Shown here one piece after another: positions 50,345 through 62,000 of a DNA stretch of 64,000 nucleotides. A program made the translations under genes and the position numbers. The notes beneath the pieces are model-generated. The model saw only the letters and a program-made list of their open reading frames with translations. It ran no database searches and was not told the origin of the DNA. Every line of letters begins with the position of its first letter. The stretch's first letter is position 1. The stretch covers positions 3,844,001 to 3,908,000 of the forward strand of contig NC_087437.1 of assembly GCF_036321535.1 (NCBI RefSeq). The letters are read 5' to 3'. The DNA comes from Camelus dromedarius (Eukaryota).

Positions 50345-50935
50345 ACTGTGCTGCCCAGTACAATAGTCACGTTGGAATATGGCTTGTGCAACAGAGGAAC
50401 TGAATTCTTAGTTTTGTTTAATATTCAATAATTTACATTTAAAAACTGATACATCAAGTTACTGGAAAACTTTTAAGTAAGTTTTGAACAACTGGGGTAT
50501 GTAAATTTACTTTTTGTAACTAAGTTTTATGTAACTTAAATACAGATCGATAATTTTTTAGGAAAATTAGCATCTGAATTAAGATGTGCTGTGTGAAATA
50601 TACAATGGATTTTGGAGACTTGTTGTAAAAAAAAGAATGTTAATGATATTATTATTAAACTATTAAATTATTAAAATTATTAACATAATAATGTTATTAA
50701 CATAATATATAATATTATCAACACATTACTTATAATGATATTCATAATAATGTGTAATTATTATGACTATCATTAATAATACTTCTTATTCATTACATGT
50801 TGAAATGATAATCATTTGAATCTATGGGGTGAAATAAAATACATTATTAAAATTAATTTTACCTATTTCTTTTTTTTTTTAGGGTAGCTACTGGAAATAT
50901 TTCAATTACACATGTGGCTTGCATTGTGTTTTTAT
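50345..50935. mobile_element. MER33/Charlie5-like hAT element
   Basis: aaatacagatc...gcatctgaattaagatgtgctgt...ttacatgttgaaatgataat...tcaattacacatgtggcttgcatt. Confidence 0.7.
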
Positions 50936-51114
50936 TTATACATTCCAAGCTTCATTGAAATCTATCAAAACTACTAAAGAGACACAAAAATCAGGATGGC
51001 TACATTTTATTTCAAGATAGTAAACTTTAAAATAAAGCTGTTCTGCTAAGTCTGAAGCCTTTTTTAGGTAGTGACTGTCTGAATAAGGCACATTTAAAAA
51101 AAAAATTATAGTGA

Positions 51115-51243
51115 GAGGAAGGGTATAAGATTGCATGCCTAGCATGCTCTAGGTCCTGGGTTCAATTCTAAGTACCTCCATTAAAATAAATCAGTAAATA
51201 AATAAACCTAATTACCTCCTTCCCCCACCCCCCAAAAAGAAAG
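51115..51243 (+). mobile_element. tRNA-derived SINE, same family
   Basis: gcatgcctagcatgctctaggtcctgggttcaa; TSD aaaaa(t/c)tatagtga. Confidence 0.85.
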
Positions 51244-51437
51244 AAAAACTATAGTGAAATATTTGTGAGTTTGTTCTAAGAAAATATAAAAATACAGAGA
51301 AAGTTTTCTGTAAAATGAAAGTCATGGCAGCTTCATTTATAATTAGGAAAAATTAAAAATAATTTGTATGTACAATAGTTTAAAAATGGTTGAATAAGTC
51401 ACAGAAGATTATCTTAACTGAATATCATGAAACTATT

Positions 51438-54347
51438 TTTTTAATTGAGTTATAGTCAGTTAACAATATTGTGTCAATTTCCAGTGTAGAGCACAATTTT
51501 TCAGTTATACATAAACATACATATATTCATTGTCACATTCTTTTTCACTGTGAGCTACCACAAGATCTTGTATATATTTCCCTGTGCTATACAGTATAAT
51601 CTTATTTATCTATTCTACATATGCCTGTCAGTATCTACAAATTTTGAAATCCCAGTCTGTCCCTTCCCACCCTCTTTCGCCCTGGCAACCACAAGTTTGT
51701 ATTCTATGTCTATGAGTATGTTTGTGTTTTGTATTTATGCTCACTTGTCTTTCTTTTCTTTTCTTTTCTTTTTGGATTCCACATATAATCGATCTCATAT
51801 GGTATTTTTCTTTCTCTTTCTGGCTTACTTCACTTAGAATGACATTCTCCAGGGACATCCATGTTGCAGCAAATGGCATTATGTTGTCATTTTTATGGCT
51901 GAATAGTATTCCATTGTATAAATATACCACTTCTTCTTTATCCAGTCATCTTTCGATGGACATTTAGGCTGTTTCCATGTCTTGGCTATTGTAAATAGTG
52001 GTGCTATGAACATTGGGGTGCAGGTGTTTTTTTGAAGTAGGGTTCCTTCTGGATATATGCCCAGCAGCAGGATTCCTGGGTCATATGGTAAGTCTATTCC
52101 TAGTCTTTTGAGGCATCTCCATACTGTTTTCCACAGAGGCTGCACCAAACTGCATTCCCACCAGCAGTGTAGGATTGTTCCCTTTTCTCCACAGCCTCTT
52201 CAGCATTTGTCATTTGTGGACTTTTGAATGCTGGCCATTCTGACTGGTATGAGGTGATATCTCATTGTAGTTTTGATTTGCATTTCTCTGATAATTAGTG
52301 ATATGGAGCATTTTTTCATGTGCCTATTGATCATTTGTATGTCTTCCTTGGAGAATTGCTTGTTTAGGTCTTCTGCCCATTTTTGGATTGGGTTGTTTGT
52401 TTCTTTCTTATTAAGTCGTAGGAGCTGCTTATGTATTTTGGAGATCAAGCCTTTGGCATTTTCATCTTTTGCAAACATTTTCTCCCATTCTGTAGGTTGT
52501 CGTTTTGTTTTGCTTATGGTTTCCTTTGCTGTGCAGGAGCTTGTAAGTTTCATTAGGTTCCGTTTGTTTATTCTTGCTTTTATTTCTATTGCTTGGGTAG
52601 ACTGCCTTAGGAAAACGTTTTTGAGATGTATGTGAGATAATGTTTTGCCTATGTTTTCTTCTAGGAGGTTTATTGTGTCTTGTCTTATGTTTAAGTCTTG
52701 GATCCATTTTGAGTTGATTTTTGTGTATGGTGTGAGGGAGTGTTCTAGCTTCATTGACTTACATGCTGCTGTCCAGTTTTCCCAACACCATTTGCTGAAG
52801 AGACTATCTTTATTCCACTGTATATTCTTGCCTCCATTGTCAAAGACTAGTTGACCAAAAGTTTGTGGGTGCATTTCTGGGCTCTCTATTCTGTTCCATT
52901 GGTCCATATGTCTGTTTTTGTACCAATACCATGCTGTTTTGATGACTGTAGCTCTATAGCATTGTCTGAAGTCTGGGAGGGTTATTCGTCCAGCTTCATT
53001 CTTTTTCTTCAGTAATGATTTGGCAATTCTAGATCTATTGTGATTCCATATAAATTTTATTATGATTTGTTCTAGTTCTGTGAAATATGTCCTGGGTAAT
53101 TTGATAGGAATTGCATTAAATCTGTAGATTGCCTTGGGCAGTGTGACCATTTTAACAATATTGATTCTTCCAATCCAAGAGCATGGGGTATCTTTCCATT
53201 TTTTTAAGTTGTCTTTAATTTCCTTCATCAGTGTTTTATAGTTCTGTGTATAAGTCTTTCACCTCCTTGGTTAGATTTATTCCTAGGTATTTTATTACTT
53301 TTGGTGCTATTTTAAAGGGGATTGTTTCTTGATTTTCTTTTCCTGTTGATTCATTGTTAGCGTAAAGAAATGCAACTGATTTTTTACGTTAATCTTGTAA
53401 CCTGCTACCTTGCTGAATTTTTCGATTACTTCTAATAGTTTTTGTGTGGACCTTTTAGGGTTTTCTATATATAGTATCCTGTCATCTCCATATAGTGACA
53501 TTTTTACCTCTTCTTTTCCAATTTGGATCCCTTTTATTTCTCTCTCTTGCCTGATCGCTGTGGCTAGGACTTCCAAGACTATGCTGAATAGGAGTGGTGA
53601 TAGTGGGCAGCCTTGTGTTGTCCTAGATTTTAGTGGGAAGCTCTTGAGTTTTTCACCGTTTAGTTCTATGCTGGCTGTAGGTTTGTCATATATAGCTTTT
53701 ATGATGTTGAGATATGTTCCCTCTATACTCACTTTGGTGAGAGTTTTTATCATAAATGGGTATTGAATTTTATCAAATGCTTTTTCTGCATCTTTTGAGA
53801 TGATCATGTGGTTTTTGTCCTTTCTCTTGTTGATGTGATGTATTACATTGATTGATTTGCATATGTTGAACCACCCTTGTGTCCCTGGGATGAACCCCAC
53901 TTGATCGTGGTGTATAATCTTTTTTATGTGCTGTTGGATTCTATTTGCTAATATTTTGGTAAGGATTTTTGCATCTATGTTCATCACTGATATTGGTCTG
54001 TAATTCTCTTTTTTGGTGGTGTCTTTGCCTGGTTTTGGTATCAGGGTGATGGTGGCTTCATAGAATGAGTTTGGGAGTATTCCCTCCTTTTCCATCTTCT
54101 GGAAGAGTTTGAGAAGGACTGGTATGAGTTCTTCTTTGTGTGTTTGGTAGAATTCCCTGGTGAAGCCATCCGGTCCTGGACTCTTATTTGTAGGGAGGTT
54201 TTTTATTGCTAATTCAGTTTCATTTGTTTTGTTCAAGTGGTCAGTTTCTTCTTGATTCAGTCTTGGTGGACTGTATGTTTCCAGAAACTTGTCTATCTCC
54301 TCTAGGCTATCCATTTTGCTTCCATAGTTTTTCATAATATTCTCGTA
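51438..54347 (-). mobile_element. 5'-truncated L1 (~2.9 kb) with disabled ORF2 RT domain
   Basis: [25 protein letters not shown] motifs are present. The catalytic motif reads YGDD rather than the usual Y/FADD, and frameshifts split ORF2 across ORFs 53307-54512, 52200-53228 and 51879-52148. 18-bp TSD gaatatcatgaaa(c/t)tatt at 51420-51437 and 54348-54365. Confidence 0.96.
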
Positions 54348-55639
54348 GAATATCATGAAATTATTAACATGAATTATGATGCTCACATAGCAATAGGTGA
54401 AATGTTTATCACCCAGTGTTAAGTGAATAATGCAGTATACAGAATGGTATTTGTATAAAGTTAGAACAAATTTTAAATTATGTGTACATAGACATAAACT
54501 GCAAATGGACATAAAAAAAGAAAAATAGTTGATTTATTAGACTAGTGGAAATGTGTATTTGCTTAACAAAAGGGGGACATTATTTTGTATAATTATTATA
54601 TAATAAACATGATAATTATGATACTATGAACATTATAGTTTATAATGTTTGTGAAATAAATATACAGTGGATCAGAAAAATACATTAATGTGAGTGGAAA
54701 CATTTTCAAATTTAGTAATTGAAAACATTCCTGGTAAATCACAATATTTGGATTGAATTAACTGGGTCTCTCCATGTAATGTATGATAAAACATTTTTTC
54801 CTTCTAAAACTGTTCCAAGGCCAAATTTTTTTCTCAGTGTCACATATCCTACTTACTTTGTATTCTGTTGGTGGTTTTAGGAAATAAGAGATCAGAAAGG
54901 CATTTGGCAATGTAATGAATGCTTTGATTGTTGGAAGGAAGACCAAGTTCAGACTGTCAGAAACATTTGCAAATGTGTGAAAAGCTGCATTCCACCCAAA
55001 GAGAGAAGAAAAAAAAGTCACCAAATGGATAATTTTGTGCTAATGTCAGGTGACAGCACTGAGGAGGGTTCCCTCTTTTTTCCTGACCAGATTTCTCATT
55101 TTTCTTGTTCCAGTTCATTCTGACAATGAAGTATGGCCTAATTACTTTTTTTGGCAGGGCTTTAATTGAGGTCCTTTATCCCTTAAACTCAACCTTACAT
55201 AATTGTTTGCAATTTTTTCTTTTTAACCCTTTCCAATGCTGCTTTAGCCAGTGCCTTTCAACTGACTTTGAAAGCAAAAGGTATTCATTTTCCTATATTT
55301 TGAACTCTTAGTAACCTTGTCTGAAATCAGTTAATCAGTGAGACTTGAGGTGGGGTTATAAAAATGTTACTAGTATATGCAGATCATTAATCATTTCTCG
55401 ATTGTCATGCATAAGACCCATATTACTTTACATTCTTGGCTACAGAGAAGAATTAAGTGGTTTGGAGGGACAGTTTAAATACTGAAGAAAGCAGTTTGTT
55501 TTACTATGTTAACCTTGGAATAATTTTCAGGCGACAGCCTTTTCAGTGCTGGTGCTGACATCAGTTCTTTCCTTATATTTACATGATGTGCTGAATAATT
55601 TTCATTCACCAATGATACTCAGCATTGCTCAAGCTGGAC

Positions 55640-55880
55640 TTTTAGAGGCCGTTTGGCTTAATGGCAAGAAAGCAGGCCTTGGAATCATAGAATACCGGGT
55701 TCTAATCCTGTTTCTGCTGTGCGTTTTAGGGCATGTTACTTAGGCTCTTTGAACCTCAGTTTCCTAATCTTTAAGATAGAACTAACATCACATATCTTGT
55801 TGCATTGTTGTGAGCATTAAATTAGCTTAAGAGTGAAAAGCACATATGCTCTGCTGGTACACAGTATCTCAGTGAATGGC
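55640..55880 (+). mobile_element. MIR SINE (other MIR remnants near 2440-2560, 14270-14420, 23240-23410, 32400-32500, 38890-39075, 61100-61300)
   Basis: gggcatgttacttaggctctttgaacctcagtttcctaatct matches the MIR core. Confidence 0.7.
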
Positions 55881-56374
55881 AGCTACAGCAGGCGCTGGGC
55901 TCCACTGAGGTTGCTCCCCAGCCTTAGCAAGACGTTCAGACACACAGGAGAGCAACCAGAGAAAAAAATCCTGAAGTAGGAAAACAGGTGATGCTCAAGC
56001 GAGTTTTCAGAAATGAAAGAAATTCGAATGATTTGAAATGGATACATGACAGTTGCATGCATTGTCTAAGAGCCCTCTTCAGGTGCTTAAGGGGTGTTAG
56101 TGGGGGAAAAAGGAGTCATGTCTTTCCAGACACATTTTCCAGAGAAATCGATCAGCTTAAATTGCAACAAGTGATTTAGGATCCACAAAATGACGACCAT
56201 TTTAACTGTGAAATGTTAAGAACCAATTCTGAGAGAGATTTCAGAATTTCCTGGGTGGATGTGAGTGGCTGCCTTCACAAGGGCCGACTCCCCATTCCAC
56301 TTCTGGACTGTGTCCAGATTCTCTTTTGCATGTCTGTCCCTCCTTCCTGCAGCCCAGAAGAGTTGGGGAGGGAA

Positions 56375-56540
56375 ATATACACAAGATCTTGTGGTAGCTC
56401 ACAGCGGAAAAGAAAAAAAAATCTGACAATGAATGTATGTATGTTCATGTATAACTGAAAAATTGTGCTCTATACTGGAATTTGACACAACATTGTAAAC
56501 TGACTGTAACTCAATAAAAAATGTTAAAAACAAACAAAAA
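56375..56540 (+). mobile_element. Short L1 3' tail, same subfamily as the 34-36 kb and 51-54 kb copies
   Basis: Matches 36180-36330. 17-bp TSD aagagttggg(g/a)agggaa at 56358-56374 and 56541-56557. Confidence 0.92.
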
Positions 56541-58490
56541 AAGAGTTGGGAAGGGAAGCTCCCTCTTGCCCTCGTTCAAGGGGTGGGTTTCAATCGCCTC
56601 ATGTTAATGAACACATCCATCCCCCAGGTGGTCATGGGCGTTAAGATGTCTAATCAGAGCGACAGTGAGGACCCTTGCTCGATTGCTGGAAAATAACTTC
56701 TCTTTCTTCAGGAATGGCCATTGTGGTGTTCAGATGGCAAGCCCGGAACTGTGGAAGCATCGCAGCATTCTGAGAGAAGCCAGCCTAAGGGAGGAAGGGG
56801 AGGAGAGACCAGAAGAAATTAGGACTCGGATGACACTGCAGCGCTGACCCGTCAAACCAGCAGTAGCCCATCTGATCTCTGCACTTTGCAGGTACATGAG
56901 CCCACATCCCCCCTACTGTTCAAGTGCTTTTCTCTTATGGCAACAGAGGATGTCATCAAAGATACGCCGTGGTGACCTATTCTGAAGCTTTACCTCCTTT
57001 TCAAGTGTGTCTGTGTTTCTTCTCCAAATGGGCTAGGAACACTCCCAGGAGCAGCAGCTGGGAGTTATATTTGCTCTCCTCCTACACCTAATGTCTTGCC
57101 TTTGTGCAGCAGACCCTCTGGAAACGTTTGCTTCCTGAGGGTCGTGGCCAGCTGGCCCCCCTTCAAGTCATGTTGTATCCTACACATCTCAGCGGGGCAC
57201 AGGTTGGTCTTTAGCTTATCTTCAAAGCCTCTTCCCATGCTGAGCTCTCAGTGTCATTATCTTTCAGATGGAAAATGGTTTCAGCAAATGTTTGCTCTCT
57301 CTCGTTTACCCCTCTGCCACTCACTGTCATCCAGAACCTACACTGTCCGGACAAAAAGAAAAGGTTTTAGGGGAATTCTATTAAAACCATCACAGCAGTC
57401 ATAGCTCATTTTTAGGATATGCCAAATATCTATAGAAATAAAACTTGCAACTCCCAGAACTCTTGGAAAATTAATGTTTTAATTCAGTTTGGTGCATGGC
57501 TTGTCATTGACACGTTACATATAATAGAAAAACTGGACTGTTAACTAGTTCTCCTCCAAATAGCTCATGATGTTAGCATTTGAAATATACGTATGGTCGT
57601 AAAACTCATGTGTGGCATATATGTGATTAGCGTAGTTTAACACATACCATGGGCTTCAAAAATCAGTGCTGAGTGAATGTCAAATCCTCACCCTGTGTGG
57701 TTCCTATAATGTCCCACTCTTCCCGGATGTTTGAGTGTCCCTGTCATTTTTGCTTCTTCTGACCAGTCTTCTCATAAAGCGGAAGCCGTGGGAAGGCTGT
57801 CTTTTCCTCCTTCCATGAAAGCTCATGACCAAAAGCTTTTGCAATTAATTTATACACATATGTAATGATACTTTAGCAACCTGTTTTCATTTCTCTGAAG
57901 CCACTTTGGCATAACAAAAGCTGTCTTCACCGTTTCCCAGTGAAAAAGACAAACATGACTGAACTCACATTTCCATCCTTTCCCGCATGGGAGGCTCCTC
58001 TGATACCAGGCGGAAGCTTGTAGAACTCAGGACGGGTTACAGAAAATGTCCCGGTTTGTAGGGCTCTTGGTATTGACAGAATGGAAATCCTTTGTGTTTC
58101 CACAGAATAAATAAAGTCCAAGGGCTGACAGAGTGCAGGCTCATTGCCAAGTTTCTGACCTTTTTAAGACTTGCAAAGATAAGAATGTATTCTCAAACAG
58201 TGAGGATTCAAGGCCACAGAGAAAAGTGAAACTATCAAATCTGACTGGTTTTTCATCGCAATGACCACAGTCCCTTTCTGCAGTCATCCAACAGTCTTTG
58301 GTAAGATTCTGTATTAATTCTGTTCTTCAGCATTTTTCCTAACTCCCCATTTGAAATAACTTGCCTGATTTCCTGGTCACATAGTCCCTTCCCACCATAA
58401 CAGCTGCGGCCTCTTAACTGTTTTCACCCTTTATTTCTTACACTTAAGAGTGATTGTAATAAAGATTGTCAGTAACAAACTTGTTTCTAC

Positions 58491-59027
58491 TGATACAGGG
58501 AAATGTGGGGTGAGAGGATGGCCGAGTTGAGTCCCTGGGGCACACCCTGCCAAGTGAGGGTCCTTGGCTTTGCGTAGGAAAGAATTCAAGAGCGAGTCAT
58601 AGGTGAGTAAAAGCAGGTTTATTCAGAGAGATGTGCACTCCAGAGACAGTGCAGGCCATCTCAAAAGGCAAGAGAAAAGCATGAGATGTGGGGTTGTTGG
58701 TTTTTATGCGCTCGGTAACTTCATATGCTAACAAGTGGGAGGATTATCCCAGCCACTTTGGGGAACGGATGGGTATTCCCAGAAATTGGGCCACTTTTTG
58801 ACCTTTTATAGTCAGCCTGGGAACTGTCCTGGTGCCTGTGGGTGTGTCATTCACCATGTTAAAACATCACAATGAGCGTATTATGTAGCTCAAGCTCTAC
58901 TGGGAGTTGAGTCTCCTGCAATCTTGGGCCTCAAGTTCTGTTGAGAGTTGAATTTTCTGCCACCTTGGTGTTAATTGCTGTGCCATTCCTTGAATGGCTG
59001 TGCCCTGCCCTCTTCCTTCCTGTCTCA
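58491..59027 (-). mobile_element. ERV1-type solo LTR
   Basis: tgatacagg...cctgtctca; perfect TSD ctac. Confidence 0.85.
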
Positions 59028-59139
59028 CTACCTTACATGGAAAAAAAAACACATAATCTTTACCATTTATGAACCACTATGCATATAATAGCTCAATTCT
59101 CCTAATTCCCCTATAAGGTAGATACAGTTCACAGATGGT

Positions 59140-59422
59140 GGAGGATGGTGACCTCAGGCTGAGCACCAGATTCCTGGAGCACCGTCCTGTTACCTCCCCG
59201 CCAACCAATCAGAAAAAAAGTCTCACACCCTGCAGCCCTCACCCCAAATTTTTCCTATAAAAAACTTTCCCCCAAAACCATTGGAGAATTTTGTTTTTTC
59301 AAGCACCAGCCGCCCATCCTCCTTGCTCGGCCCTGCAATAAACCTTTCTCTGCTCCAAACTCCGATGTTTTGGTTTGTCTGGCTTCACGGTGCGAGGGGC
59401 ACTGGAACTTTTGTTCAGTAAC
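59140..59422 (+). mobile_element. 3' half of an ERV1-type LTR
   Basis: CCAAT (~59206), TATAAAA (~59256) and AATAAA (~59337) in order, ending ttcagtaaca. Confidence 0.75.
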
Positions 59423-60129
59423 AACTGGGGGTCAGAGTCGCTGCCATCCCACACTGCCTGCAGGCTTGTCAACTCCTTGTGATCTTTCCTTACATGCTGT
59501 CTTTTTCACACAGTCTTTTCTCGAGGTTACTGAAGGGGAAGCTGGGGAAGAGACCTGGTCATCTGCTAATTACTTATTTGTGGTTCCTACTTCTTTGATC
59601 CAGGAAAGAACCAACAGGTTAGGCAAGGTATTGTGTGAGCAAAAGACTTGAAAGATGTGCTTAGGCCAGAGTGGAGCATGGGGTGCCTGGTTTTGAGGTT
59701 AGTGGCAAGACAAAAGGAGCCTCCTGCAGAGAGCTCTTTCCTGCCAAAAGTGGCTTATATAAGGCCTGATCAGCAACCTGTCAGGGCTAAAGCTCAGACT
59801 TGATTTGTTCTGCCTTCGACCTCAGTTTCCATGACCAGTATCTCAACATCACCTCTTGTTCTCCCAAGCCACGGCCCCCGCCCAGTATAGATAATCCTTT
59901 GGAACTAATGTCTGGGATGAAACCCCAGGACCTGATGCAGGAGCTGCCTGATCCTCGCTTGCTAAGCACTCTGCTTCCTACCAGCTTGTAGGCTCCACTG
60001 ATTACTTCTGCCTGTGGCCCTTTTTGTGCCTGACTTGTCCCAGTCTTTACCCAGTTTGTTAGCATCTGTCTTTCCCAGGGCTTGGAAAGGGCTTATGCTG
60101 GGAGAGTGTTAACATCTTGTTTGCCTGAT

Positions 60130-60760
60130 TGTAAGCAGACAGGGTAGGGGGTCCCCAGAGAAAGAGAACCAGGCATGGCTTCCTTGACGTAAGAGAAGTC
60201 ATTTTTGGTCTAAGCCATTTTGGGATCAAACCTGGCCACAGTGCTTGTCCTTGTCCCCAGTCATCACTGACCTTAGAGGAACAGAAGAATGCAGGAACTG
60301 TTATCAGGCAAGAGAAGTAACAATATTAAAGGTAACAGATCCATTGTCCAGGCTCCCAGTTCTGTTTCAATGATAAAGACCAGCCTGAAGCACTTTCTTG
60401 AGCTGTTCTGCAGAATGTAAAACCCCCTTTGAGTGCTCAACCAGGTCAGCTGGAACCTAAGGGATGAGGACGCTGACCTTTTCTGACCCTCGTGAGTTCA
60501 ATCAGCTAAAGCTTGGACTCTTGACCCTGGCCCCAATTCTATGCTGAATTCTCCTCTGCTCAAGCCCGTTCGTGAATATGCATGTGCCCTTAGCTTAAAC
60601 CTTCCCCAAGTTTGCTGCGCAGGAAGACACTGCTTTGGGGAACATTACCAGTATTCTCTTTGCTTGCTTCAGGTAATAAATCCTTTCTTCTCCGGCTTTT
60701 TGGCTTGGTTGCATTTTGGCTGGACACCCATCAGGAGGTGAACCACATTTTCCAGTAACA
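60130..60760 (+). mobile_element. ERV1-type solo LTR, family X copy 3
   Basis: tgtaagcagac...cagtaaca, colinear with copy 2; TSD poorly preserved (tgat/taag). Confidence 0.88.
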
Positions 60761-61711
60761 TAAGCATCTGTATTGTTTATGGCCTTTGTCATCCTCAGTT
60801 CTGAACTTCTTGCTGTTTCGTTTTGTGATGGGGTCTTTATACTCCTCCACCAACTTTCTTCTCTCCACCTTTCCACTTTTCTTGTGAACCAGAGCATTTT
60901 CTGTCTTCTCTCCATTTTGCTTATTTCCCCAACTCGTCATAATATCAACTCATTTAGTTTCTCCTAAAAACATCCTGTTTTCTCTCTGCATATTCCCTTT
61001 CCTCATTTTTTTCTGTTTATCTCAATTTTCACATGCTCTTCTCTTATTACTAACTGTCTGGTTTGGAATCACCACTTTTCTAAGACAATGGATCTTTTAT
61101 GGACTCTCTACGCTAGAAAAACATCCAAGTTTTGGAGTCATATTTTTCTGATTTGCAACTTTCAGAGCTTCAGTTTCCATACCTGTGAAATAAAGACATA
61201 ATACTACCTTACAGAGATATTGGCGGAATCACAGAAGGTCATGTGTCAGAAAGCACTTTGAAGACTACATTATACTAAACGAACATTAGGCATTGATAAT
61301 ACAAAGAGCACTGTGGAGTCTTTACGAGATGGAAAGAGTCAGCGGTTTCTACTCTGCATCACAAAGCAGCTGGAGAATTAGCCACTCTGTTCCTGTTCTG
61401 TAATCTTTATGGCAGGTGTTGATAAACAGAGCAGAAAGAACCAAACGCATTGGGGAACCCAAGAGCTTAAAATAGCCGGAGGTGTTAGACACATGTCTCT
61501 GGAGTCTCTCAACATTTTTGTCAAATTCTTCAGCGCCCTCTTCAAGCCCCTGCTTTCTTCACTGGACTGGGGATAAAACCATTTCTTAGATAAAGCCAGA
61601 GATTGCATACTGGTGGCTTACTGGCTAAATTTGGGTTTCTGATGTACTTTGTTTGACAGAACAGTAGCCGTTTTAAAAAGTTGCATGTGAATGCATTTAG
61701 GTAGCATAGTA

Positions 61712-62000
61712 GGTTGACTTTTCCCAGAAGCAGTGTCTCAGCCAAGGATTTGGGGACAAGTGAGTTATCAAGGCAGTGCTTCCAAAAGACACTGATGTAG
61801 GGGTCAGGGAGCAGAATGAGGCGGTGGAAGAAGCCAAGGCAGGGTGTGATTTCAGGTGACATCGCAGACTCAGCCTGACCCCCCCAGGGAGCACTGGAGC
61901 ATAACCGATGTTCATCCCGCTGGAGTTGGCACCTCCTGGAGATAAAGGGTGTGGGCGTTCATACCCTACCACAGTGACGGATGGATGCCCAGGAAGAGGG
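61712..62000. mobile_element. LTR16-like ERVL LTR fragment
   Basis: ttcccagaagcagtgtctcagccaaggattt...gaagaagccaaggcagggtgtgatt. Confidence 0.55.

Noticed and set aside
53307..54512. 401-aa reverse transcriptase as an active or domesticated gene
   Set aside because: It is a 5'-truncated L1 without endonuclease, ORF1 or promoter. It has an altered YGDD motif and a frameshift, and the N-terminal ~55 aa come from flanking DNA outside the TSD.
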